From contig JABHFS010000001.1 of NCBI GenBank assembly GCA_018672475.1, positions 24,156 through 88,155 on the forward strand: a DNA stretch of 64,000 nucleotides, given 5' to 3'. The translations under genes were made by a program, and so were the position numbers. Origin of the DNA: Gemmatimonadota bacterium (GTDB lineage: Bacteria > Latescibacterota > UBA2968 > UBA8231). Positions 32,351-41,104 of the stretch are shown here, one piece after another (position 1 is the first letter of the stretch; each line of letters opens with the position of its first letter). Under the pieces are notes generated by a model. The model saw only the letters and a program-made list of their open reading frames with translations, did no database searches and had not been told where the DNA came from.

Positions 32351-33217
32351 TTAGAGCGCCAACTCCAGGCCTTCGACCGAGGCAAAGAGGTCGAAGGGAG
32401 CTTCTTTGCGATAGCGCGCCTGAATGGCGTCTATTTCGTCGTCGCTGCGGTGTGGCTCATGATGGAAGAGGGCCAGACGTTCGATCTGAGCCTCTTCGCC
32501 GAGACGCAGGGCGTCTCCGGGCCGGCTGTGTCCCCAGTCGGGCTTGTACTCTTCGGGGAGGAAGAAAGTATCGCAAACCATAAGGTCCGCTCTGTGGGCG
32601 AGATCAAGTGCACCTTTTTGCAGGTGTCGATGCCAGGCCCGCTGTTGCTCGGGGGAACCGTTTTTCATGCCGTCCCCGAGCAGAATCGGACCGTAGAGAT
32701 CGACATCGCTGACATAGGACAGGACTTTGCCCTGGTGCTCGATACGGTAACCGCCGGTAACGCTGGGGTGGTTTAGCCGGTGGCAGGTGATTTGCGCCTC
32801 GCCAATAGTGATGGGTTCGCCGTCCTGCAATTCAATAAACTCGATTTGCGCTTCGGCATCGGCGAGTGGGATTGGGGAAAAAGGGGCCTGTTGTTGGGCC
32901 CGGAAGATATCGCCGAGTGAACGGTCCTCATGAGCTAATGAATAAATGCGGATATGGGCGTTTTTGTTGTACTGGGGGGCAAAGTGCGGAAAGCCTTGTA
33001 TATGATCCCAATGGGTGTGGCCGATGAGCAGGTGGATTTCCAGTTGATCGCGTTCGACAAGGTCTTTGCCGAGTGAGCAAATACCGGTGCCGGCATCGAT
33101 AATCAGGCAGGTTTCCCCTGCCGACACCTCTAGACAAGGGGTATTACCGCCATAACGGACGCTATGTGGGGCCGCGACGGGGTAGGAGCCGCGAACCCCC
33201 CTGAAGGTGATCTGCAT
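32351..33217 (-). CDS. MBL-fold metallohydrolase (paralog)
   Basis: RGVRGS, YGGNTPC, DAGTG, HTHWDHIQG, WGHS, FHHEP. Confidence 0.9.
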   Translation of the reverse strand: MQITFRGVRGSYPVAAPHSVRYGGNTPCLEVSAGETCLIIDAGTGICSLGKDLVERDQLEIHLLIGHTHWDHIQGFPHFAPQYNKNAHIRIYSLAHEDRSLGDIFRAQQQAPFSPIPLADAEAQIEFIELQDGEPITIGEAQITCHRLNHPSVTGGYRIEHQGKVLSYVSDVDLYGPILLGDGMKNGSPEQQRAWHRHLQKGALDLAHRADLMVCDTFFLPEEYKPDWGHSRPGDALRLGEEAQIERLALFHHEPHRSDDEIDAIQARYRKEAPFDLFASVEGLELAL

Positions 33218-33389
33218 GATACGGATCTATAGGTTTATACTGAATATAGGAAGTTTATACAGTTTATTATATGACGGATATCTTTATTTCACAAGGATTT
33301 ACTTTACATTGACATTTTCGTTTTGGCGGGCTCTATCAGTTGAACTGAAGTAGATTCGCGGCATCCCTAATAGGAATAAAAAGCAGACA

Positions 33390-33418
33390 TTTACAAGGAC
33401 ATAGGCGTTTGTTATAAT
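33390..33418 (+). promoter_or_regulatory. Near-consensus sigma70 promoter of the lepB-proteasome operon
   Basis: TTTACA-N17-TATAAT with an extended -10 TG. Confidence 0.75.
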
Positions 33419-33447
33419 ATTTGGAAGCCTTTTATTTGAGGAGAAAA

Positions 33448-34152
33448 ATGAATAGTACCAGCAAAAAATCGGGTATCGGCGAATATGTGTCCTCGATTCT
33501 GATCGCTATTGGTTTAGCCCTGTTGATTCGCACTGGAGTCGTCCAGGCCTTCTATATTCCTTCGGGATCGATGGAAGATACGCTCCTGGTCGGCGACTAT
33601 CTTTTGGCCAATAAGTTTATCTACGGCGCGCCCATCGATGTGCCGCTGACCAATATTTCCCTCTTTCGCCTGCCCGCGATTAGAGATCCTGAGCCGGGAG
33701 ATATCGTTATTTTTCGCTCGCCGGTGGATGAGGACCGCGATTTGATCAAACGCTGTGTCGCGATTGGGGGGCAAGAGATACGAATCGTCAATAAAGTGCT
33801 CTATATTGACGGCGCGCCTTTCCAAGACCCGCCTTTGGCCAAATATGTCGATCGGACCTTCTACCCGGCGATGGCCAATCCCAGGGACAATTTTGGCCCT
33901 TATACCGTGCCTGCGGATCATTTTTTTATGATGGGCGATAATCGCGACAATAGCGCCGATAGTCGATATTGGCGGGCGGTGCCGAAAGAATTGATTAAGG
34001 GCAAGGCGATGAGCATATATTGGTCTTGGGCGCCGGATACCCGTGGGCCTTATTACACCGACTTGAGTTCATTGCCGAAGGTGGCGGCGAGCTTTGCCTG
34101 GCGTCTGCCCGGCCGAGTGCGTTACGAGCGCCTCGGCGATGTGATTCACTAA
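33448..34152 (+). CDS. lepB: Signal peptidase I
   Basis: IPSGSM (catalytic Ser), IKRC (Lys), MMGDNRDNSADSRYW; GAGGAG SD. Confidence 0.95.
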   Translation: MNSTSKKSGIGEYVSSILIAIGLALLIRTGVVQAFYIPSGSMEDTLLVGDYLLANKFIYGAPIDVPLTNISLFRLPAIRDPEPGDIVIFRSPVDEDRDLIKRCVAIGGQEIRIVNKVLYIDGAPFQDPPLAKYVDRTFYPAMANPRDNFGPYTVPADHFFMMGDNRDNSADSRYWRAVPKELIKGKAMSIYWSWAPDTRGPYYTDLSSLPKVAASFAWRLPGRVRYERLGDVIH

Positions 34153-34164
34153 GCGGAGGATGCG

Positions 34165-35877
34165 ATGAACCGCAGGAATTCGCGCGACGATTACGACGAC
34201 GGTTTAGACGGTGCGAGCGAGTCGGAGGAGCAGACCGAGGACGAACCGTTGCGATTGGTCGATGAACTGCTCGCACTGGCCCCGGATCGCGATTCGGGCC
34301 GGCCGTTGCTCTACCAACTCAGACGCCAACTGATGGATCGCGAAATATCGTACCAGGAGGCCCGGCGGGTGGCTGTGGAGCTCGAAACGGCTCTTGAGAA
34401 AGTGACCGCCCCCGCGAACCGCGTCGGCATTTTCTTGGGGATGCCGAGCGAGGGGATCGCCACGGTCTATGTTGGCGGATCCGAATACTATACTAATATC
34501 GATCCGCGCGTTGAAGCCGCCGAGCTCAAGGTTGGTTGCCGGGTCTTGGTCAATGAGGCGTATGCGGTCGTTGGCGATTTGGGTTATAGCCCTTCTGGCC
34601 CGGTGGCCAAAATTGGCGATTTACTCGAGGGGGGCCGGTTGCGCATCGCGCAGGCGCATGGGGCCCAAGAGATGATCCTGGAGCGCTCGGCGGATCTGGC
34701 TGATGTCAATCTGCAGGTGGGCGACGAAGTGCGGATGGATCCGGCTTTCAAGGTCGCGTTGGAACTTTTGCAGACAACGGGCAGCAAGGAATATTTCATC
34801 GAGGATGTTCCGCCGACCCCATGGGAGAGCATTGGCGGGCAGGAGGAGGCGATCCAGGCGATTCGCGATACCATCGAGTTGCCGGCGTTGCATCCAGAGC
34901 TTTTCAAGCGCTTCGAATATTCGACCCCCAAGGGTTTCCTGCTCTATGGCCCTCCGGGTTGCGGCAAGACCCTGATCGGCAAAGCCACCGCCTACAATTT
35001 GGTGCAGCACATGCGCGAGGAGGAAGGGCTCGAGCTAGAAGAATACTTCATGCACATCAAAGGGCCGGAGATTCTCAATATGTGGCTCGGCGAGACCGAG
35101 CGGATGGTACGGGAGATCTTTGCCCAAGCCCGCCAGAAGCGCAAAGAAGGTTATCTGCCCTTTATCTTTATCGACGAGGCCGAGTCGATTTTGGGCACCC
35201 GGCGTTCTATGCGTAGCCACAATATTTCCAATACCGTCGTGCCGATGTTTTGCACCGAGATGGACGGCATTGAGTCGCTGCACGACGTGGTGCTGGTCTT
35301 GGCGTCGAATCGCCACGACCTGATCGACCCGGCGATTCTCCGCCCCGGCCGCATTGACCGCAAGATTAAGGTCGCCCGTCCAAACTATGAGGCTGCACGC
35401 GATATCTTGGGGATCTATATCAAAGCCGAATTGCCGATCGATCGCGAGGAGATCAAACAGCACGGTGGCGTAGAAGAAGCGCGGGCGGCGTTGGTCCAGG
35501 CGGGTTTGGACGAGCTATTCGCTAAGAGCGATGAGGCTCGTTTTTTGGAGGTCTCTTTGCGCAGCGGGCGGCAAGAAGTGCTTTATCGCGGCGACCTGAC
35601 TTCGGGGGCGATTATCGCTTCGGTGGTGTCGAGGGCCAAGGAAATGGCCATCAAGCGGGCCATCGCCAACAACGACCCCGATGGCGGCATCTGCAGCGAA
35701 GATTTGCGGCTGGCGGCGCGGGCCGAATACCGCGAGAACGAGGTGTTCCCGCCCTCCGACAGCGTCGAAGACTGGCTCAAATTACTCGATTACGAGCCCG
35801 AGAACGTAGTGAAGGTTATGCCGGTCAAGCCCCAAACGGAAAAGGCGCCCGAGCCGCGTTCGGGTCGGGTGATCTGA
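34165..35877 (+). CDS. arc: Proteasome-associated AAA ATPase (ARC/Mpa)
   Basis: N-terminal coiled coil and OB region; GPPGCGKT, IKGPEILN, FIDEAE, RRSMRSHNISNTVVP, DPAILRPGRID, SGAII; operon context. Confidence 0.93.
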   Translation: MNRRNSRDDYDDGLDGASESEEQTEDEPLRLVDELLALAPDRDSGRPLLYQLRRQLMDREISYQEARRVAVELETALEKVTAPANRVGIFLGMPSEGIATVYVGGSEYYTNIDPRVEAAELKVGCRVLVNEAYAVVGDLGYSPSGPVAKIGDLLEGGRLRIAQAHGAQEMILERSADLADVNLQVGDEVRMDPAFKVALELLQTTGSKEYFIEDVPPTPWESIGGQEEAIQAIRDTIELPALHPELFKRFEYSTPKGFLLYGPPGCGKTLIGKATAYNLVQHMREEEGLELEEYFMHIKGPEILNMWLGETERMVREIFAQARQKRKEGYLPFIFIDEAESILGTRRSMRSHNISNTVVPMFCTEMDGIESLHDVVLVLASNRHDLIDPAILRPGRIDRKIKVARPNYEAARDILGIYIKAELPIDREEIKQHGGVEEARAALVQAGLDELFAKSDEARFLEVSLRSGRQEVLYRGDLTSGAIIASVVSRAKEMAIKRAIANNDPDGGICSEDLRLAARAEYRENEVFPPSDSVEDWLKLLDYEPENVVKVMPVKPQTEKAPEPRSGRVI

Positions 35878-35884
35878 CGGGCTT

Positions 35885-37441
35885 ATGCGGCGAATCTGTG
35901 GGGTAGAAACCGAATACGGAATACAGGTGGACGGGGTCGATAATATGGACGTGGTGGTGGAGTCCATGGAATTGATCCGCTGTTACCTGCATCAGGACTT
36001 CGTCGCGATATGGAACTACGCGCTGGAGAACCCGCGTTTGGATATGCGCGGCTTCGAAGTTGACGAGCTGCGCAACGACGTTGACGAGACGCTGCACCTG
36101 CAGAAGGACCGCCAGCGCCAGATCCCGCTCAAAGACCTCAAGAGCGACCTGATTATCCACAATGGCGCCCGTCTTTACAATGACCATACCCATCCCGAAT
36201 TTTCGACCCCCGAATGTTATGGTCTACACGACCTAGTGGCCGTCGACCGCGCTGGCGAGCAGATCTTGCTGCAATGTGCCAAAGAGCGCACGGCAACGCG
36301 CGGCGAGGGCGTTGTTCGGCTCTATAAGAACAATACTGACTTCGAAGGGCACAGCTACGGTTGCCACGAGAATTTCCTGCTCAGCCGGGAGATTCCCTTC
36401 CAGCAGGTGATTGACGGACTGCTGCCCTTCGTAGTGACGCGGCAGATTTTCGCCGGGGCCGGCAAGGTCGGTGTTGAACAGGACAGCAGAGCCAGCGCTG
36501 CGACTTATCAGTTGGCCCAGCGCGCTGATTTTTTTGAGGTCATCGCCAGCGTCGATACGATGCATCGCCGGCCGTTGGTTAACACCCGTGACGAACCGCA
36601 TGCCGACGCCGACCGCTATCGTCGCCTCCATCTGATCATCGGCGACGCAAATATGTGCGAATACGCGACCGCGCTGAAGGTCGGCAGTGCGGCTTTGGCG
36701 ATCGATCTGCTGGAAGCCGGCGAACTGCCTACTTGTGAATTGGCCGATCCGATCGGTGCGCTCAAGGAGATTTCCCGCGATGAGTCCCGGCACTGGACCG
36801 TGGTCTTGGCTGCGGGGAGAACCAGTTCGGCTTTGGAAATTCAGACCGATATCATGATGGCGGCCCAGCGGCTTTTTAAAGGGCGCGATAAGGAGACCGA
36901 CTGGATCCTTGACGAATGGCGCGGCACGCTGGAGGCCTTGGCGCGAGATCCGCAAGAGCTGATCGGACGTCTCGATTGGGTGACCAAAAAGTGGCTATTG
37001 GATGCATTCGCAGAGTCGGAGGGACTCGACTGGGAAAAACCCGCGGATCGCACTTGGCTGCAGAGTCAGGATCTCGAATATCACAATATCGACCCGGCCG
37101 AAGGCCTTTATTCTATGCTGGAGCAGCAAGGCCAGGTAGAACGCCTAGTCACCGAGGAGGACGTGCTCAGGGCCATGGTCGATCCGCCACGGGATACCCG
37201 GGCGTACTTTCGCGGCAAAACGTTGCAGAAATTCTCCAACGAAGTGCGTTCGCTTAACTGGGACAGCATCGAATTTTCCGTTGGAGGCGGTAGCCGAGTC
37301 GTCGATCTCAAGGGTTGTGTAGACGAGCAGACGGCAGCTTATTACAATGAAGCCTTAGACGCTGCGACAAGCGTTGAGGATCTGTTGCAAAGACTGGCGG
37401 TTGCTTCCGGGCAGCCACCCGAAACAGGAGGTGCCCAATGA
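35885..37441 (+). CDS. dop: Pup/UBact deamidase-depupylase
   Basis: RRICGVETEYGI, WNYALENPRLDMRG (Dop-type insertion), NGARLYNDHTHPEFSTPE, KNNTD..GHSYGCHEN, NTRDEPHAD, DLEYH. Confidence 0.9.
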   Translation: MRRICGVETEYGIQVDGVDNMDVVVESMELIRCYLHQDFVAIWNYALENPRLDMRGFEVDELRNDVDETLHLQKDRQRQIPLKDLKSDLIIHNGARLYNDHTHPEFSTPECYGLHDLVAVDRAGEQILLQCAKERTATRGEGVVRLYKNNTDFEGHSYGCHENFLLSREIPFQQVIDGLLPFVVTRQIFAGAGKVGVEQDSRASAATYQLAQRADFFEVIASVDTMHRRPLVNTRDEPHADADRYRRLHLIIGDANMCEYATALKVGSAALAIDLLEAGELPTCELADPIGALKEISRDESRHWTVVLAAGRTSSALEIQTDIMMAAQRLFKGRDKETDWILDEWRGTLEALARDPQELIGRLDWVTKKWLLDAFAESEGLDWEKPADRTWLQSQDLEYHNIDPAEGLYSMLEQQGQVERLVTEEDVLRAMVDPPRDTRAYFRGKTLQKFSNEVRSLNWDSIEFSVGGGSRVVDLKGCVDEQTAAYYNEALDAATSVEDLLQRLAVASGQPPETGGAQ

Positions 37442-37629
37442 GCGATTTTATTGATTACAGGGATCGCGCGCCCCGGCCGACCAAACCGATCGATGATGGC
37501 GGTGGGGAGTCGGATGAAGGGCCGCGCCGGCCCAAAGTCGAGAAACCCAGCACCGACGATATTTTAAAGCGAATGAAGAAAGTCGACCCCAATCAAGCGC
37601 GGCGCTATCGCCAGCGTACGGGGCAGTAA
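37438..37629 (+). CDS. ubact: Ubiquitin-like protein UBact (Pup analogue)
   Basis: 63 aa, charged and disorder-prone; ILKRMKKVDPNQARRYRQRTGQ matches the UBact R[S/T]G[E/Q] C-terminus; AGGAGG SD; located between dop and prcB. Confidence 0.92.
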   Translation: MSDFIDYRDRAPRPTKPIDDGGGESDEGPRRPKVEKPSTDDILKRMKKVDPNQARRYRQRTGQ

Positions 37630-37635
37630 CTGCGC

Positions 37636-38391
37636 ATGGAGAGCTGCGATTTTCTCGGCTTGCTCAAGGAAGGTGGGCATTTGTCAGCCGCACCGGGCAT
37701 GGTTCAAGAAGGGCTACTCGAGCAGGTCGAGGGTACGACTATTATGGCCGTGCGCTACGCCGACGGGGTCTTGGTTGCCGGCGACCGCCGGGCGACGATG
37801 GGCAACTTGGTGGTCTATGACCGGGCCGATAAGGTCTTGAGCATCGACGACGACACGGTTATGGCGATCGCCGGGTCGCCGTCGGTCGCCTATGATATCG
37901 CCCGAATGTTGGAGATGTCGGTGCAGTACTATCGCCGGAGTCAGTTGCAGCGGTTGAGCCTCGACGGCAAGTTGCGCACGCTCTCGCGACTGTTGCGCCA
38001 GAACTTGCCGATGGCGATCCAGGGGATCGGTGCGGTGGTGCCGATCTACGCGGCCTATGACCAGGACGCCGGTGAGAGCAAGATTTTCTTTTACGACCTC
38101 CTGGGCGCCGAGTTCGAATGCGTCGATTTCTGCACCACGGGGTCGGGTTCGAACATTATCCGCGGTGCGCTCTACTACCAGAATCGCTGGGGCACGCCGC
38201 TCGCGGAGATGGCGGAGGAACAGGCAGTGGAGACGGTGCTCAAGATGCTAGAGACTGCTGCCGAATACGATACCGCCACCGGCGGATTTCGCGAGACGGC
38301 GCGAATTTTCCCTCAGATTATGAAAGTCACGGCCGCCGGGCTGAACAAGGTGTCCGAAGACGAAATGGCCGCACTCTACGAGAAGGCTTAG
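37636..38391 (+). CDS. prcB: 20S proteasome beta subunit
   Basis: 33-aa propeptide ending EG|TT; Thr1, Asp17 (GDRRAT), Lys33; TGSGS; DTATGG. Confidence 0.93.
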   Translation: MESCDFLGLLKEGGHLSAAPGMVQEGLLEQVEGTTIMAVRYADGVLVAGDRRATMGNLVVYDRADKVLSIDDDTVMAIAGSPSVAYDIARMLEMSVQYYRRSQLQRLSLDGKLRTLSRLLRQNLPMAIQGIGAVVPIYAAYDQDAGESKIFFYDLLGAEFECVDFCTTGSGSNIIRGALYYQNRWGTPLAEMAEEQAVETVLKMLETAAEYDTATGGFRETARIFPQIMKVTAAGLNKVSEDEMAALYEKA

Positions 38392-38395
38392 GGAT

Positions 38396-39151
38396 ATGCT
38401 GGAAGAACCTTATCGCTGGGTTGAGGCGATCAACAACCGCCGCGAATATCTGGAGGACCAACTCTCGGCCGGCAGTCCGGTGGTGGGCATGACCTATGCG
38501 GGGGGGGTGCTGTTGCTGACGACCACCCCGGGGCCGCGCAAGCTCTTTGAAATCTACAATGAGATCGCCTTTGCCGCTGTCGGGCACCCCGCTGACATAG
38601 AAAAGTTGCGCAAGGCGGTTATCGATATTGCCCATATCGAAGGTTTTAATCTCTCCGCCCGCGATGTGACCTTACAGCGCCTGGTAAGTTTCGGTATAGG
38701 CCCGCTGATGAAGGCGGCCTTCGATGAGATCTTCCGTTCGCCCTTTATCGCCCGAGTGATGATGGCCGAGTTAGACCCGGTTGAGGGCGGGGATGTCTTC
38801 TATACTATCGACGCAGATGGCTCCTTCGCGCAGGGCGGCCGAGTGGCGGCTATCAGCGGCAGCGAAAAAAGCGCCCGGGCGATGACGGCGAAGCTCGGGG
38901 AAGTCGATGGGGCGTTGCCGCTCCAAGAAGCTTTGGGTGCGGCGTTACAGGTCTGGGGATTGGGGCGGTTGGTGCTCGATTCTGAGGAGGGGCAAGAACC
39001 GAGTGAGAGTGATGTGCGTGAATTCTTAAAGGACGGTTTGCAGGGGCTGAAGGTCGAGGCCGCCGTGTTGGACCGTGAACGAAGTGTCAAATCGAAGTTC
39101 AACCTGCTGACCGAAGATGAGCTTCCTTTGGCCGCCTACATCGGGGCATAG
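38396..39151 (+). CDS. prcA: 20S proteasome alpha subunit
   Basis: GSPVVG, KLFEIYNEIAFAAVG..ADIE.LR, C-terminal EAAVLDR; operon position. Confidence 0.9.
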   Translation: MLEEPYRWVEAINNRREYLEDQLSAGSPVVGMTYAGGVLLLTTTPGPRKLFEIYNEIAFAAVGHPADIEKLRKAVIDIAHIEGFNLSARDVTLQRLVSFGIGPLMKAAFDEIFRSPFIARVMMAELDPVEGGDVFYTIDADGSFAQGGRVAAISGSEKSARAMTAKLGEVDGALPLQEALGAALQVWGLGRLVLDSEEGQEPSESDVREFLKDGLQGLKVEAAVLDRERSVKSKFNLLTEDELPLAAYIGA

Positions 39152-39154
39152 GCC

Positions 39155-40573
39155 ATGAAGGATCGAATTTACGGTATTGAAACGGAATTCGGCTGTCTGC
39201 CGCCGGACTCAGACCCCTTTCTAAGCCCCGATTTTATATCGGTGAAAACCAAAGACTGCGTGTTTTATCGCGAGGGCTTGGGGATCGTCGATATCCATTA
39301 TCGCGGGCGCGACGAGCCCCCGGGCAATGGCGGCTTTCTCTTTAATGGCGGCCGGCTCTATATCGACATGGGCCATGTTGAATACGCTACGCCCGAATGC
39401 AACGGCCTTTTTGACCTGGTCGCTTCCGATCGGGCGGGGGAATTGATGGTCCAACGCGCGCTAGAGGAACTGGATCTGGCCGAGACCGCTTCTTTCTTTA
39501 AGAATAATATCGACCATTACACCGGGGCGACTTTCGGCTGCCACGAGAACTATCTCGTGCGTCGCGATGTGCCTTTCTCGCAGGTGTTGCTGCCGGCGAT
39601 GTTGCCCTTCTTTGTCACCCGACAGATTTTCGCCGGCGCCGGCAGGGTGGGTTGTCACACAGATGCTTTCGAGCCCGGTAGCGCCGAGGACGAAGGCGTT
39701 TCCTTCCAGATCTCGCAGCGGGCTGATCACATTGTCACCGAGATCTACCAGTGGATCCAGTTCAGTCGCGCGATCATTAATACGCGCGATGAGCCCTTGG
39801 CCGACTGGGGTCTATATCGCCGTTTGCATTTGCTGGTCGGCGACTCGAATATGATGGAGTTCGCCACTGCGCTCAAAGTGGGTACTACGGGTTTGGTGCT
39901 ACAGCTTTTGGAAGAGGGCATTGTCCCCGAGATCAAACTGCTCGATCCGGTGCAGGCGATTCGCGATATTTCGCGAGATATGAGCTTCCGCTGGGAAATA
40001 CAATTGGAAGACGGCAGTTATACCACCGCCGCCGAAGTTCAGCGAGAGTATCTCGATTTGGCCGAGCGCTATTTGCGCGGCCAGGACGAGGAGGGCGATT
40101 GGGTCTTAGACGAGTGGCGTTTTGTGATTGACGGTTTGACTCACGATCCAGGGTCGTTGGTTGATCGAGTCGATTGGGTGGCTAAGAAGTGGCTCTTGGA
40201 GCGTTTTATGAAAGAAGAGGGCTTGGATTGGCACGATACCTGGGTCCAGAGTTTGGATTTGGAATATCACAATCTCAACGCTGAAAAAGGCCTCTATTTC
40301 GATCTCTATCGGCGCGGGCTGGTTAAACGTGTCGTCGACGATGAGCAAATCAACCAGGCCATAGCGAATCCACCCGCCAATACTCGCGCTAAAGCGCGTT
40401 CGCAGGTTATGCGGGCACTGGCGGGGCGGAAGGCGCGCTATGTGATCGATTGGGATTCCATTTATGTCGAAGATGAGAAATATCTCAACCTCGATGATCC
40501 CTTTCTTACCTACGAGCGAGAAGCCGACGATTTTATCCGCGAATGCGAGCAGCGCCCGGTCGAGGATATTTAG
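39155..40573 (+). CDS. pafA: Pup/UBact--protein ligase
   Basis: RIYGIETEFG, FLFNGGRLYIDMGHVEYATPEC, KNNID..GATFGCHENY, SQRADH, INTRDEP, RRLHLLVGDSNM, DLEYH. Confidence 0.92.
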   Translation: MKDRIYGIETEFGCLPPDSDPFLSPDFISVKTKDCVFYREGLGIVDIHYRGRDEPPGNGGFLFNGGRLYIDMGHVEYATPECNGLFDLVASDRAGELMVQRALEELDLAETASFFKNNIDHYTGATFGCHENYLVRRDVPFSQVLLPAMLPFFVTRQIFAGAGRVGCHTDAFEPGSAEDEGVSFQISQRADHIVTEIYQWIQFSRAIINTRDEPLADWGLYRRLHLLVGDSNMMEFATALKVGTTGLVLQLLEEGIVPEIKLLDPVQAIRDISRDMSFRWEIQLEDGSYTTAAEVQREYLDLAERYLRGQDEEGDWVLDEWRFVIDGLTHDPGSLVDRVDWVAKKWLLERFMKEEGLDWHDTWVQSLDLEYHNLNAEKGLYFDLYRRGLVKRVVDDEQINQAIANPPANTRAKARSQVMRALAGRKARYVIDWDSIYVEDEKYLNLDDPFLTYEREADDFIRECEQRPVEDI

Positions 40574-40649
40574 TTTTTGGCGATTGCCAATTTTTTGTTA
40601 TATTAATCAGTGTTGCAGTTAGTTAGACGGATCCCCCAAGGAGAAGTCC

Positions 40650-41096
40650 ATGTTACTTTCAACTGCGGCCACAGGTGTGTTCAGCGTACCACTCAAGGCC
40701 CGTCATCAGCGGCGTGTACCCTCTCAGGGGGTTGGTTTCAAAGACGGCCTAGGTATTTCGCCATTGCGTGCCACCAGTGGTCCACCCAGTATTTCTCAGA
40801 CGGCCCCTCGACGGACGGGCAGCCTCGTCAAACCGCCACAGGCGGGTGGTGGGGTATTGTCCAAGTTGCAGGGGGCGGTGCGTAGTACTAGCCCGCTGAC
40901 AGCCGGCGTGCGCATCGGTCATCGTTTCCAGGCTAAAACTGCCGGCGTGTTGCAAGCGCGCCAGTCGAGTCTTATCAGTTCGTTTCGCAAGATCGATCGC
41001 GGCAGTCGTTTGCTCCAGGCTAGTGCCAGTCCTTTCCGCCTGCAGGGTGGTTTTGGTGTCCAACTCGGTACGAGTAGTCTGAATTTGTTGGGTTAG
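40650..41096 (+). CDS. Hypothetical basic low-complexity protein
   Basis: AAGGAG SD; fills the gap before the M6 gene; almost no acidic residues. Confidence 0.55.
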   Translation: MLLSTAATGVFSVPLKARHQRRVPSQGVGFKDGLGISPLRATSGPPSISQTAPRRTGSLVKPPQAGGGVLSKLQGAVRSTSPLTAGVRIGHRFQAKTAGVLQARQSSLISSFRKIDRGSRLLQASASPFRLQGGFGVQLGTSSLNLLG

Positions 41097-41104
41097 CGGC
41101 CTCC

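Noticed and set aside
37438-37629. Canonical actinobacterial Pup
   Set aside because: Lacks the FVQKGG[EQ] terminus; the RTGQ end fits UBact
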